Of a DNA stretch of 64,000 nt, positions 46,195 to 55,792 are shown piece by piece. The notes under the pieces are model-generated. The model did no database searches. It saw nothing but the letters and a program-made list of their open reading frames with translations, and was not told the DNA's origin. The first letter of the stretch is position 1; each line of letters opens with the position of its first letter. The position numbers and the translations under genes are program-made. Origin of the DNA: an uncultured Pseudomonadota bacterium (GTDB lineage: Bacteria > Myxococcota_A > Polyangia > Fen-1088). The stretch covers positions 1 through 64,000 of the forward strand of contig CAWKBC010000001.1 of assembly GCA_963847705.1 (NCBI GenBank), written 5' to 3'.

Positions 46195-46626
46195 TCAATC
46201 GTTGGCCGGGCGGACCTCCGCCGCCCGTCGAACGGCGGCGCGGATCGCCTGCACGTCGAGGTGATCGACGACGGCGGCCCCCAGCCGTCCCGCGCGCTCG
46301 CGGACCGCCGCCTGGTCCGTGACCAGGATGAACGGCGTGGCGCGCTGGCGCGACCGCAGCCCCGCCAGCACCGTCAGCCCAGGGATTCCGGGCAGGGACT
46401 GTTCGCAGATCACGACGTCGAACGGCGACGCCACCGGTTCGATCAAGGTCGAGGCCAGCGCCTCCAGGATCTCGGCGCCGTCGCGCGCCTCGATGACCTG
46501 ATGTCCGTCGCGGCGCAGGGCGACCGCCAGCAGCCGCCGCAGATCCGCGTCGTCTTCGGCGACGAGGAGCCGCAGCGAGGTTTCCTGTTCGAAGAGCAGA
46601 ATTTCACGAGCGAGTGCTTGGTTCAC
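46195..46626 (-). CDS. Atypical single-domain receiver protein
   Basis: LVAEDD...VVICEQSLPG...ILVT; Glu at the phosphoacceptor site; no KP; SD AAGGAGG before GTG. Confidence 0.75.
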   Translation of the reverse strand: MNQALAREILLFEQETSLRLLVAEDDADLRRLLAVALRRDGHQVIEARDGAEILEALASTLIEPVASPFDVVICEQSLPGIPGLTVLAGLRSRQRATPFILVTDQAAVRERAGRLGAAVVDHLDVQAIRAAVRRAAEVRPAND

Positions 46627-46658
46627 TTCGACCTCCTTTATAGGTCGACTCGCCAAAT

Positions 46659-46674
46659 TGCATCGTGGATGCCA
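46659..46674 (-). promoter_or_regulatory. Putative sigma54 -24/-12 promoter
   Basis: TGGCATCCACGATGCA (GG-N10-GC), about 30 nt upstream of GTG 46626. Confidence 0.6.
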
Positions 46675-46846
46675 GCGACGTCCGAACGCATCGGCGCGCC
46701 GACGGCGGACTCGAACGGCGATCGACCGTGATGCGCGCCGCGATCGCTGCCAATCGCGCAAATCTCGGCGCGCGCTCCGCCGAAAAGGCGAGGCGGCGCG
46801 CGTCAGGGCGTCGCCGCGTCCGGCACGGTCGAGGTACGCGTCGAAC

Positions 46847-46924
46847 GAGCGGGCCAACTTCAGGTCGGCCGTCGACGCCAAGGACTACGGCCTCATCGAC
46901 GAGGTGCTGCTCAGAAAGGGTTGA
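46847..46924 (+). pseudogene. 3' fragment of a clpP-like gene
   Basis: ERANFRSAVDAKDYGLIDEVL matches the ClpP terminal motif (R-D-x-F-M-S-A-x-E-A-x-x-YGLID-x-V); upstream sequence is not ClpP-like. Confidence 0.7.
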
Positions 46925-47750
46925 TGCTGGTGGCCCCGGCGTCGGGCACCGGGCAGCTCACCGCGCCGGCGTCGCCGCAGCTGCAGTCGGTGACCGCACA
47001 GCCGCCCGCCGGGAACTGACCCCCGGCCACCGCCGTGGCCGCCGGCCACAGGGTGGGCGCCGTCGGACAGACGAAGACGGGGCTGGTCGCCGATATCTGC
47101 TGGCCGACGAGGTTGCCACTGGCGTCGTAGACCCATTCGTCGTCGGGGATGGCGGAATTGTCTCTGTTGAGCTTGAAGACATCGAGCCCACACGAAGAGA
47201 TCCACCCTCCGGCGCCGCCGCCGGCGCACCATCCCGACATCGCGGCGCCGCCGCCGAAGTTGGCGGTGAAGCAGTCCCACGACACCCGCAACACGCCGTC
47301 GGTGCCGAGCATGCACTGACAGTCTCCCCCGTCGACGGGCGGGGCGGTCGTCGACGCGTCAACGGGCGGCCGTGCGCTGCCAGCGGCGCCGCCGGCGCTG
47401 GGGCCGTGCCCAGCGGCACCTCCAAAGGGGCGCCCGGCAGCACCGATGAACCCACCGGAGCCGAGGGAGCCACCGGAGCCGAGGGAGCCGCCGGAGCCGA
47501 TGAAACCGCCGACGCTGGTCACCCCGACGAAGCCGCCGGCACCGCCGTCGGTGCCCGGCATGAGGGCCGTGCCGCCGTTGCGGTTGCCGATGCCGGTGCT
47601 GCCGCCGCTGCCGGTGCGGGCGCCGCCGTCCGTGGGCACCAGCGATTGCGTGTTGCAGCCGGCGGCCCCAACGAGCGCGCTGAACGCAACGATCAAACCC
47701 AATCCAAGTCGAACGCTCAATCGCAAGCCAAAGGGAATAAGTGGAACCAT
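46911..47750 (-). CDS. Gly-rich, Cys-containing lipoprotein
   Basis: AAGC lipobox; (GSGGSL)n linker; small Cys-rich C-terminal domain. Confidence 0.75.
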   Translation of the reverse strand: MVPLIPFGLRLSVRLGLGLIVAFSALVGAAGCNTQSLVPTDGGARTGSGGSTGIGNRNGGTALMPGTDGGAGGFVGVTSVGGFIGSGGSLGSGGSLGSGGFIGAAGRPFGGAAGHGPSAGGAAGSARPPVDASTTAPPVDGGDCQCMLGTDGVLRVSWDCFTANFGGGAAMSGWCAGGGAGGWISSCGLDVFKLNRDNSAIPDDEWVYDASGNLVGQQISATSPVFVCPTAPTLWPAATAVAGGQFPAGGCAVTDCSCGDAGAVSCPVPDAGATSINPF

Positions 47751-47804
47751 GCCGCCAGGCTAACATGCGTGACCTGAAGCCGTCCCGCGTGCCAAGCTTC
47801 ACGG

Positions 47805-49040
47805 ATGCCCGCGGGTCGCAGTGGTACGGCCGATCTGCCGCTTCATGGCGGACGCGTGCCGGCCTGGCTGGCGGCGCGGATGGCGCGGCTCGGGCGGGTG
47901 ATCGTCGAGGCGATCACCCACGAGTACGGCCGCACGGAAGTGTTGCGGCGTCTCTCGAATCCGTTCTGGTTTCAGTCGTTCGGCGCGGTGATGGGGATGG
48001 ACTGGCACTCCTCGGGGATCACCACCAGCGTGATCGGCGCGCTCAAGCGCGGCCTCGGGCCGATCGAGGACGAGCTGGGGCTGCACGTCTGCGGCGGCCG
48101 CGGGCGCCACGCGCGCCGCACGCCCGACGAGCTGACCGCGCTGGGCGAGCGGGTGGGGCTGGACGCGCCCGCGCTGGTGCGGGCCAGCCGCCTCGTGGCC
48201 AAGGTCGACAGCGCCGCCCTGCAGGACGGCTTCGACCTCTACCTGCACGGCTTCATCGTCGCCGACGACGGCGCCTGGGTGGTGGTGCAGCAGGGAATGA
48301 ACGGCGCGCGCCGGCAGGCCCGTCGTTACCACTGGCTGTGGGATCGCGCCGGCGCCTTCGTCGAGGAGCCGCACGCCGCGATCGAAGGGCGCCCCGGCGG
48401 GGAGATCGTGAACCTCACCGACCGCCGCGCGGCGGGAGCGCGCAGTGAAATCGTGTCGCTCGGGCGCGGGGGCCCCGACACCGCGGTCGACGGGCTGGCG
48501 CGGTTGCGGATGCCCGCCCACCACGACGTACGCGCGGAGGACATCGATCTCCGGCGCCTCGGCAAGACGCTGGCGGCGGTCGCCGATCGGGGGCCCCAGG
48601 ACTTCGCCGCGCTGATGCTGGTCCCCGGCGTCGGCGCGCGGACGCTGTTCGCGCTGGCGCTGGTCGCCGAGGTCATCCACGGCGCCCCCAGCCGCTTCGC
48701 CGATCCGGCGCGGTTCTCGCTGGCGCACGGCGGAAAGGACGGACACCCGTTCCCGGTGCCGTTGAAGGTCTACGACGAGACGATCGGCGTCCTGCGCCGG
48801 GCGCTCGCGCGCGCCAAGCTGGGCGACGACGAGCGGCTGGCGGCGGTGCGGCGGCTCGACGAGCAGGCGCGCGCCATCGAAGGCGCCGCCGCCGTGACCG
48901 AGGCGGAGCTCGAGCGCGGCGTGGCCCGCGAATGGGCGGCCAAGGCGTCGCTCGGCGGGCGGACCGTGGCCGACGACGGGCGCCCACGCCGCAAACAACT
49001 CACGCTGAGCTTCGGCGGCTCGGGCGAGACGATTCGGTGA
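47805..49040 (+). CDS. DUF763-family protein
   Basis: ADLPLHGG, PFWFQSFGAVMGMDWHSSGITT, QQGMN, ARRYHW, AHGGKDGHPFPV. Confidence 0.88.
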   Translation: MPAGRSGTADLPLHGGRVPAWLAARMARLGRVIVEAITHEYGRTEVLRRLSNPFWFQSFGAVMGMDWHSSGITTSVIGALKRGLGPIEDELGLHVCGGRGRHARRTPDELTALGERVGLDAPALVRASRLVAKVDSAALQDGFDLYLHGFIVADDGAWVVVQQGMNGARRQARRYHWLWDRAGAFVEEPHAAIEGRPGGEIVNLTDRRAAGARSEIVSLGRGGPDTAVDGLARLRMPAHHDVRAEDIDLRRLGKTLAAVADRGPQDFAALMLVPGVGARTLFALALVAEVIHGAPSRFADPARFSLAHGGKDGHPFPVPLKVYDETIGVLRRALARAKLGDDERLAAVRRLDEQARAIEGAAAVTEAELERGVAREWAAKASLGGRTVADDGRPRRKQLTLSFGGSGETIR

Positions 49041-49216
49041 AGCGACTCAGTCGCCGGCGAGCTGGCAGCTGTCGTCGTACGAGAGGGCCGTGACCATGGA
49101 GGGGGATATCTCGAGGGAGAGCCGACGGAGGTCTCGATGAATGCGCTGCGCCGTGGGCAATCTGGCCTTCGACCGTTTGTTTAACAATCGAGCTGCCGCC
49201 GCAGCAAAAGAGGACG

Positions 49217-49663
49217 ATGCGAATGCTGCCAGGCCTTCGTCCTGCCCCGCTCGCCCTGGCGTTGCTGGGCGCGCTCGCGGGGTGCGCCTACACCCAGGTC
49301 TACCGGGGAGCTTTTTCCGGAAAGGTCGTCGACCCCGGCGGCCGCGCAATCCCTGGGGCGACGGTGGTCGTCTGCACCTCCGCCCGCCCCAAGTCGCCCG
49401 ACGCCTGCTCCTACCGTGCCGAGGCGTCGACCGATTTTGAAGGGAGATTTCAGTTCTGGCCGGTCACCGAGCATAAGTCGTGCTGCTTCGGCGGGCCGCC
49501 GCCGCCCCCGACCCACCTCGTCGCCTGCGCGCGCGACGGCATGAGCGGCCACCTGATGACCGCCTCGGTCACCGTCGACGCCTCGGGCGCCACCGAGCCA
49601 CAAATCACGCTCGCGCGCCCCAACGGCCGCTGGTTGCAAACCACCTGCGGGGCGGCCAATTAG
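49217..49663 (+). CDS. Lipoprotein with a carboxypeptidase-regulatory-like beta domain
   Basis: LAGC lipobox; GKVVDPGGRAIPGATV; TDFEGRF. Confidence 0.7.
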   Translation: MRMLPGLRPAPLALALLGALAGCAYTQVYRGAFSGKVVDPGGRAIPGATVVVCTSARPKSPDACSYRAEASTDFEGRFQFWPVTEHKSCCFGGPPPPPTHLVACARDGMSGHLMTASVTVDASGATEPQITLARPNGRWLQTTCGAAN

Positions 49664-49690
49664 GTTGGCCCGAGTGCGGACGGAGATCCG

Positions 49691-52555
49691 TCAGGGCGCG
49701 CTGGCCGTCGCCGCTTCGCGCTTCGCCCCTGGCCAGGCCTTCGCGAGGGCGCGCCGGATCGCCGCCTCGTCGCCGGTCAACCCGACGACGGTGTTCGCCT
49801 TGCAAGTGGCGAACAGCTCATTCAACCGCGCGCTTCCGAGCCCGACGAGATCGACGTGCAGGCCTGGCAGGTTGACGGTCGCCGGATCGCTCTTCCAGTT
49901 GCTGAACAGGCGGTAGGCGACGGCGCCACTGCTGGCGTAGTCGAGCGGGAGCTCGCCGGCGTAGCGCCAGCGGGCCACGTTCACCTCGCCCGCGTCGAAG
50001 CCCTCGCGCCCCCACCGTTGCCAGTTCGTGTGAATGGTCGTCAACGGGGTGACCAGATCGTCGGCGTCGAGGAAGGTCGAGGCGTAGAGGTAAGTCGTCC
50101 CGCCGCGCAGATCGTCGACCCCGACGTCGACGCCATATCCCTCGCCCCGTTGAACGCGCAACGCATTGTTGAGGCGTTCCTGAACGGCCAGCCGCAACAG
50201 GCGGTAATAGGGGCGATCGGCGGCGACCGCGCGGGGGAGCAGGCAGCCGACGGAGACGTCCACCAGCGCGCCCGCGCGGCCGGTGACGATCGCCGTCGCG
50301 TTTTCCCCGCCCGCCGGCCGCAAGCTCGGCGCGGGCATCTCCGGCAGGGGCTCGACCCAGTCCGGGGTCTTCATGTGGCTGGAGAGCTCCATGGCGTAGC
50401 TGGCGACGGTGTCGGGAGCGACGTCGCCGACCACCACCAGCGCGGCGTTGCGCAGGTTGTACACGCGGCCGACCCAGGCCTCCACGTCGGAACGCGTGAC
50501 CTTGGAGAGATCGTCCTTGCTCACGCTCCGGCCGTAGGGGTGGTCGCCGAACAGCGCGCGCGCGAAGGCGGCGTGGGCCTTGAGCGAGGCCGGATCCTGG
50601 TCGGCGGCCAGCGGCGCCAGCATGCGCTCGAGCCCGTCCTGCGCCGGCCACCTCTGCACCGGCGCGGTCGCCTTCAGGAACAACAGGCGCAGCGCCGGCC
50701 CCAGCTGCACCGGCTGGAACTCGAGCGATTCGATCGAGGCGTCGTGGGTCGCGCCGCGCCCGCTCAGGAAGTGGGCCTTCGGCCCGTTCACCGCGTCCGG
50801 GCGGGTGCGCAAGGCCATCTCGACCAGGAGCGGCGGACTGGCGTCGGCGTAGCCACCCCGGAAGGCCAGCAGCGCGGTGGTGGCCGTGGTGCGGAGCCTG
50901 GCCACGATCACGGTGAGGCCGGTGGAGAGCTTCCGGGTCACGATGTCGCGGATCGGCACCGGCGTCCCCGGCAGCTCCATCGGATCCCATCCGGCGGCCG
51001 CGGTGAAGGTGTCGTCCAGCGCGCTGGCGGCGGGCGGTGGCGGCGTCCGGTGCGCCGGCTCGCCCTTGGCGGTCGGCGCCGGCGTGAACATCACGGCATG
51101 CGCGCCGGTCTCCTTGAGATGCTGGTAGGCGAACTGCGCCAGATCGGCGTCCGGGATCACCACCGCCTTGCCGATCAGGTTTCCACGCAGCGTCGGCGCG
51201 GGGCCGAGCGCCGCGATCACCGCCTGGTCGTAGGCGCGCACCCCCTGATTGGGCTCATCCAGCTCCAGCTCGGTGGCGATCGTCGCCTTCAGCCGCTCGA
51301 GCTCCGCGTGCTGGGCCGGCGCACGCGTCCAGAGGCTGGAGACGCGCGCCCCGATCACCTGCGCGACGCGCTCGGGATCGGCGCCGTCCTCCAAGAGCGC
51401 GCGCACCAGGATGACGCTCGCCTTGGCGCCCGGCAGCAACATCGAGTCGAGGCTGCGGATGTGGGTCTCTTCCTGCCGGAGCTGATCGAGGTTGAGATCC
51501 TCGTGAATCCAGCGGCTCAAGAGCGCCAGGGTGGCGGCGTACTTGCCGTAGTCGCCGGGGAGCGTCCATCCGATCCAGAGCTGCGGGCTGGGCAAGATCG
51601 AGGCGCGCCGGACCACCGCTGCCTGGGGCGCGTCGCCCGCGCCCTCCGCACGCACGCCGTCGGGGTCCTCCGCCGCCGGCCGCTTCACCCGGTGCTGGGC
51701 GTCCCCGACCAAGGCCGGCGGCAGATGCGCGGCGATCCCCTCGAGCGTGATCGTCGCCGACGGCGCCGTCACCAGCAGCGTGATCCGCTCGGGGTGGAAG
51801 TTCTTGGCGGCGTAGGCGCGCGCATCGGCCAGCGTCAGGCCGGCGCGGCTCTCGGCGGTGCCGGAGATGGGCCGGGCGTACGGATGGCCGGCGGGGAACA
51901 GCAGCGGGTAGAGCTGGCGGCTCGCCCAGGCCCCCAGGCGCGGATCGTCGCGCAGCTCGTTCTCGCTGGCGATCACCTGCCGCTCGAGCGCGACGGCCCC
52001 CTCGTCGACGCCGGCCAGCGGAGCGGCCAGCCGCGCCGCCTCGACGTCCAGCAACCAGCGCAACCGCGTCGGGGGACCGAACGCGAAGAACGAGATCGAA
52101 TCGGGCGAGGTGAACGCATTCGTTCCGGTGGCGGCGTAGCGGATCAACTTCTCCCAGCGGGTCTCGCGGCTCGGCTTGGGCGGCGCCGACGCCAGCGGCA
52201 GCGGCGCCTCCGCCGCTCCGTCGACGGCGCGGTAGGTGAGGTGCTCGACCAGGTGGGCCACCCCCTCCTTCCCCGGGGGATCGGCGGACGCCCCTCCGCG
52301 CACGACCGCCACCACGCCAACCGCGGTCGCGTGCAGGTCCTGCTCGAGAACGATCATGAGGCCGCTCGGCAGCACGAGATACGAGATCCCCGGATGGCTG
52401 GGAGGGACGGGAAACATCCGCGAATAGGAACGCCCCCTGCTGACCGTTTCGGGACCGACAGCCGGCGGCGGGGAGGGCGCCACGCAAGCCGCCACAAACG
52501 TGACGATCAGGGCGAGGGGGATTGCTCGACGCGACCCGCCCGGTGGTATGAACAT
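49691..52555 (-). CDS. M16-family zinc peptidase (insulinase-like), probable lipoprotein
   Basis: DPPGKEGVAHLVEH (HxxEH), NAFTS, HPY motifs in both halves; VAAC lipobox; start approximate. Confidence 0.88.
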   Translation of the reverse strand: MFIPPGGSRRAIPLALIVTFVAACVAPSPPPAVGPETVSRGRSYSRMFPVPPSHPGISYLVLPSGLMIVLEQDLHATAVGVVAVVRGGASADPPGKEGVAHLVEHLTYRAVDGAAEAPLPLASAPPKPSRETRWEKLIRYAATGTNAFTSPDSISFFAFGPPTRLRWLLDVEAARLAAPLAGVDEGAVALERQVIASENELRDDPRLGAWASRQLYPLLFPAGHPYARPISGTAESRAGLTLADARAYAAKNFHPERITLLVTAPSATITLEGIAAHLPPALVGDAQHRVKRPAAEDPDGVRAEGAGDAPQAAVVRRASILPSPQLWIGWTLPGDYGKYAATLALLSRWIHEDLNLDQLRQEETHIRSLDSMLLPGAKASVILVRALLEDGADPERVAQVIGARVSSLWTRAPAQHAELERLKATIATELELDEPNQGVRAYDQAVIAALGPAPTLRGNLIGKAVVIPDADLAQFAYQHLKETGAHAVMFTPAPTAKGEPAHRTPPPPAASALDDTFTAAAGWDPMELPGTPVPIRDIVTRKLSTGLTVIVARLRTTATTALLAFRGGYADASPPLLVEMALRTRPDAVNGPKAHFLSGRGATHDASIESLEFQPVQLGPALRLLFLKATAPVQRWPAQDGLERMLAPLAADQDPASLKAHAAFARALFGDHPYGRSVSKDDLSKVTRSDVEAWVGRVYNLRNAALVVVGDVAPDTVASYAMELSSHMKTPDWVEPLPEMPAPSLRPAGGENATAIVTGRAGALVDVSVGCLLPRAVAADRPYYRLLRLAVQERLNNALRVQRGEGYGVDVGVDDLRGGTTYLYASTFLDADDLVTPLTTIHTNWQRWGREGFDAGEVNVARWRYAGELPLDYASSGAVAYRLFSNWKSDPATVNLPGLHVDLVGLGSARLNELFATCKANTVVGLTGDEAAIRRALAKAWPGAKREAATASAP

Positions 52556-52666
52556 TCTGCGAGCATGACGAAAAAGGGGTCGGTTGAGAAGCGCTCCGAC
52601 GGCGCAAACGATGGAACAACGACGGAACGACGACAAGGAAATGGCACCCCCAGGACTTGCGACGTC

Positions 52667-52794
52667 TCAGCGTGAGAACCCGATCGGATTCATCGGCACG
52701 TCGGGAGGAGTCATGAGCTGGCGAATCGCCTCGAACACGATACTGAATTGCGAATCGTATTTCTACGCGAGCGCATCAGCTTCGCCGCGAGCTC
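52667..52794 (-). pseudogene. C-terminal relic of an ORF6N-domain protein
   Basis: ELAAKL/DALA*KYDSQFSIVFEAIRQLMTPPDVPMNPIGF; frameshift and in-frame TAG. Confidence 0.6.
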
Positions 52795-52857
52795 GTAGAA
52801 TCCGAATCGTCGACCGGCAGTTAGATCTGAACACGAAGCGCGGCGCGGGTGGTTCGC

Positions 52858-53415
52858 TCAGTCGCCGATCGGACGGATGACCCGCGCCGGGTTTCCCCCG
52901 ACGAGAGTGTTCGGGGGAACGTCCTTGGTGACCACCGAGCCTGCCGCGACGACCGAATTGTCGCCCAAGGTGACGCCACCGATGACGGTGGCGCCGGCGG
53001 CGATCCAGACGTTCTTCCCGATCGTGATGGGCTTTCCGATCGTGGCGGCGCGACGCTGCGACGGTTCGAGCGGATGGCCCGCCGTGATGAGACTGACGTT
53101 CGGCGCGATCATCACGTCGTCCCCGATGTCGAGGCCGCCAAGGTCGTAGAAGGTGCAGTTCTGATTGACGAAGACGTTCCGCCCGACGCGGATCTCGTCC
53201 CCGCCGGCCGTGTAAAAGGGAGGGATCAGCAGGAAGCTGTCGTCGACCTTCTTGCCGATGAGCTCGCTGAAGAGAGCCCGAACTTCGTCCGCATCGCTGA
53301 ACGTCAACCGGTTGAGCCTGGCGGTGATCGCCATCGCCCGCTTGACGTTGGCCAACATGGCCGCTGATTCCGGCGTCCTGCGGTGAATCGTCCTGATGCG
53401 AGCGTCATTGGGCAT
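52858..53415 (-). CDS. Sugar O-acetyltransferase (hexapeptide repeat, maltose acetyltransferase-like)
   Basis: PPFY, VGRNVFVNQNC, NVWIAAGATVIGGVTLG, GGNPARVIR. Confidence 0.92.
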   Translation of the reverse strand: MPNDARIRTIHRRTPESAAMLANVKRAMAITARLNRLTFSDADEVRALFSELIGKKVDDSFLLIPPFYTAGGDEIRVGRNVFVNQNCTFYDLGGLDIGDDVMIAPNVSLITAGHPLEPSQRRAATIGKPITIGKNVWIAAGATVIGGVTLGDNSVVAAGSVVTKDVPPNTLVGGNPARVIRPIGD

Positions 53416-53620
53416 TCGTCGAGGTCCGGTGCTGCCGGCAGGGACGCGACAGGCCGAGGAGAGCGCCAAAAAGCGTCAGGGTGGGCCCGAGATGGATCGT
53501 GCATCCGTTCGGCTGGCAGTTGTTGAAGTAGAGCGTGTGCGAGTTGACCGTGGTGGCCGCGCGCGCCCCGGAGCGCCCGCAGAGCAAGAGGATCGCCGCC
53601 CACCCGAGTGCGCGCTTCAT
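53405..53620 (-). pseudogene. Probable internally deleted secreted protein (signal peptide, short N-terminus, membrane/basic tail)
   Basis: MKRALGWAAILLL...HTLYFNNCQPNGCTIH joined directly to GPTLTLFGALLGLSRPCRQHR. Confidence 0.4.
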
Positions 53621-53758
53621 CGTTCCAGTATGTCAGCAAAGCCGACGGCGCTGGAGCTCCGCGGCGAGCGCGGGCGCGCGCCGTCCGAATTTCGGACGAG
53701 GGACCGAACGCCGGTCGTCGCTGGCGCGCCGAGATCGCCGAGATCTCCAGGGTGCGGT

Positions 53759-53774
53759 TGGCCCGAAAATCGCA
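53759..53774 (+). promoter_or_regulatory. Putative sigma54 promoter
   Basis: TGGCCCGAAAATCGCA (GG-N10-GC), 27 nt upstream of ATG 53801. Confidence 0.5.
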
Positions 53775-53800
53775 CAGGGCCCCTGCTAACCTGGGAGGCG

Positions 53801-54166
53801 ATGTCGATGGCCAGCTCCGATGTCACGCTCGAGATCCTGAAGGAGATTCGCGAGGCCGTGCGAGCGACGAGCTCGCGGCTCGAGGGGACGAACGGTCGCC
53901 TTGATTCGCTGGAGGAGACTTTCAACCGCCGGTTCGACGTCATGGGCGAGCGACTGGAGGTGGTGACCGATCGCCTGACCGTGGTGACCGATCGCCTGGA
54001 CGTCATGTCCGATCGGCTCGATCTCGTCGAAACGACGCTGCTCGATGTCGTCCGGGAGAGCCGGTCGACCTCTCGCTACCTTCGGATTCTCGGCAGGCAA
54101 CACGCCGGCCTCGAGCCGCGCCTCAGCGCGCTCGAGAGCCGCGTCGACAAGCTCGAATCGAAGTAG
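53801..54166 (+). CDS. Small coiled-coil protein with heptad repeats
   Basis: SD GGAGG; (VVTDRLx)n 21-bp repeats; RLSALESRVDKLE. Confidence 0.75.
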   Translation: MSMASSDVTLEILKEIREAVRATSSRLEGTNGRLDSLEETFNRRFDVMGERLEVVTDRLTVVTDRLDVMSDRLDLVETTLLDVVRESRSTSRYLRILGRQHAGLEPRLSALESRVDKLESK

Positions 54167-54172
54167 CCCCGG

Positions 54173-54832
54173 CTACTCGGCGAATGGATTGACCCAGGCC
54201 TTGGCGGCGGCCGGCTTGCCCGCTGGCTTGGCAGCGGGAGCCGGATCGGCGAACGGGTCGGCGGACATCGCATCATTCGAAGCCTTGGCCGAAGCCTCGG
54301 CCTCCGCGCTGGGCGCGGAGTGAGCGGCGCGAACCGGACGCGGGCGAGCGGCGCGCGCCGGCTTGGCGAGCGGCCGGCGCGACGGCGCGAACGCGAACCC
54401 CGCCAGGATCTCGGCGTCGGTGGGCGCCGCGATGGGCAGCTGCTGGACGACCATGGTCGGTGTCGGCGCCGGTGCCTGCGCGGCCGGTGCGACGACCTGG
54501 GCCGGCTCTGCGGGCGCGGGTGCCCGGCGGGGCGCGGCGCGGCCGGTGAGCGTCAAGGTCAGCGCGATCCCCAACACGAACGTCGTGACACAGAGGGCGA
54601 CGACTGACGTGCCGTTGGCCCTCAGTTTTGCCGGCTGCAAGGCGGCCGCCGCCTTCGCGGTCCACTCCTCGCGTCCCCGATCGGCCTCGAAGATCTTCTC
54701 CGTCGGAACCCCCGAAGCGCGCATCGGGATCGCCAGCTGGTTGTGGCGCGCCCCGGCGGCGATCTCCATTCGAAACGACCTGCGCCCCATGAACACCACG
54801 TTGTCCTGCTCCCCACCCAGCGAATTGATCAC
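54173..54832 (-). CDS. Hypothetical single-TM protein with an Ala/Pro-rich tail
   Basis: SD AAGGAG; one TM helix; ends ...DPFAD...WVNPFAE. Confidence 0.55.
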   Translation of the reverse strand: MINSLGGEQDNVVFMGRRSFRMEIAAGARHNQLAIPMRASGVPTEKIFEADRGREEWTAKAAAALQPAKLRANGTSVVALCVTTFVLGIALTLTLTGRAAPRRAPAPAEPAQVVAPAAQAPAPTPTMVVQQLPIAAPTDAEILAGFAFAPSRRPLAKPARAARPRPVRAAHSAPSAEAEASAKASNDAMSADPFADPAPAAKPAGKPAAAKAWVNPFAE

Positions 54833-55070
54833 GTCTGCAGTCTCCTTTTTGTTGGCAAGACTGTACCCCGTTGACCGTCGGGATCGCGTATCGACTCCGA
54901 TGACGTTTCGTTACATTTGAGGGGGTGGGGTCCCCCGATTTTTTGACTTTCCACGCGGGGTTACGTCACGGAAATGGCTCGATCTGGCAGAAAGGCGCGG
55001 GTTGTCGGGCGATCGCCCAGGGCGCGCGTCACCGAGGCTCTGCGGCAGGTTTCTGTCATGATGCCGGGCC

Positions 55071-55790
55071 ATGCATTCCGAGCTGGGCGGACGTCGCATC
55101 TTCATCACCGGGATTTCGCGCGGGATCGGTTTTGCGACCGCGCGTCTGTTCCTCACCGAGGGGGCGTCGGTCTTCGGGATCGCGCGCGACGAGGCTCGCC
55201 TCACCGGCGCGCGCGCCGCGCTGGCCTCGGCGGCGCTGACGCCCGACCACTTCGACGCCTTCCCGCTCGATCTCGCCGAGGCCGACGCCCCCGCGCGCGC
55301 GGCCGAGCAGATCGCCGAGCGGTGGGGGGCGCTCGACGTGCTGGTGAACAATGCCGCGATCATGACCGAGGGCCCGGCGACCTTCGACGACGAGCCCGAC
55401 GGCACGCTGGAGCAGACGCTGGAGGTGAACCTGCTGGCGCCGTTTCGCCTCACGCGGGCGCTCATCCCGCTGCTGCGCGCCGGGCGCGAGCCGCGCATCG
55501 TGCACGTCACGTCGGGCGCGGGGACCCTGGCCGCGCTGGATGAGTCGGGGATCGCCAGCTACCGCCTCAGCAAGTGGGCGCTCAATGGTCTGGTGCGCCT
55601 GCAGGCCCAGCACCTGCGCGGCGCGATCGCCGTCAACGGCCTCGATCCCGGCTGGGTGAAGACCGACCTCGGCGGCCCGCGCGCGCCGGGCGTCCCCGAG
55701 GACTCCGCCCGCGCGGCCCTGGCGCTGCTGCGCGAGCCGTTCGAGACCACCGGCAAGCTGTTCAAGGACGGCAATGAGATCGACTACTAG
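55071..55790 (+). CDS. SDR-family oxidoreductase (carbonyl reductase-like)
   Basis: TGISRGIG, NNAA, YRLSK, DPGWVKTDLGG. Confidence 0.92.
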   Translation: MHSELGGRRIFITGISRGIGFATARLFLTEGASVFGIARDEARLTGARAALASAALTPDHFDAFPLDLAEADAPARAAEQIAERWGALDVLVNNAAIMTEGPATFDDEPDGTLEQTLEVNLLAPFRLTRALIPLLRAGREPRIVHVTSGAGTLAALDESGIASYRLSKWALNGLVRLQAQHLRGAIAVNGLDPGWVKTDLGGPRAPGVPEDSARAALALLREPFETTGKLFKDGNEIDY

Positions 55791-55792
55791 AG

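Noticed and set aside
49047-49349. 100-aa minus-strand ORF
   Set aside because: Overlaps the lipoprotein gene and has no motif; at most an unassignable relic.
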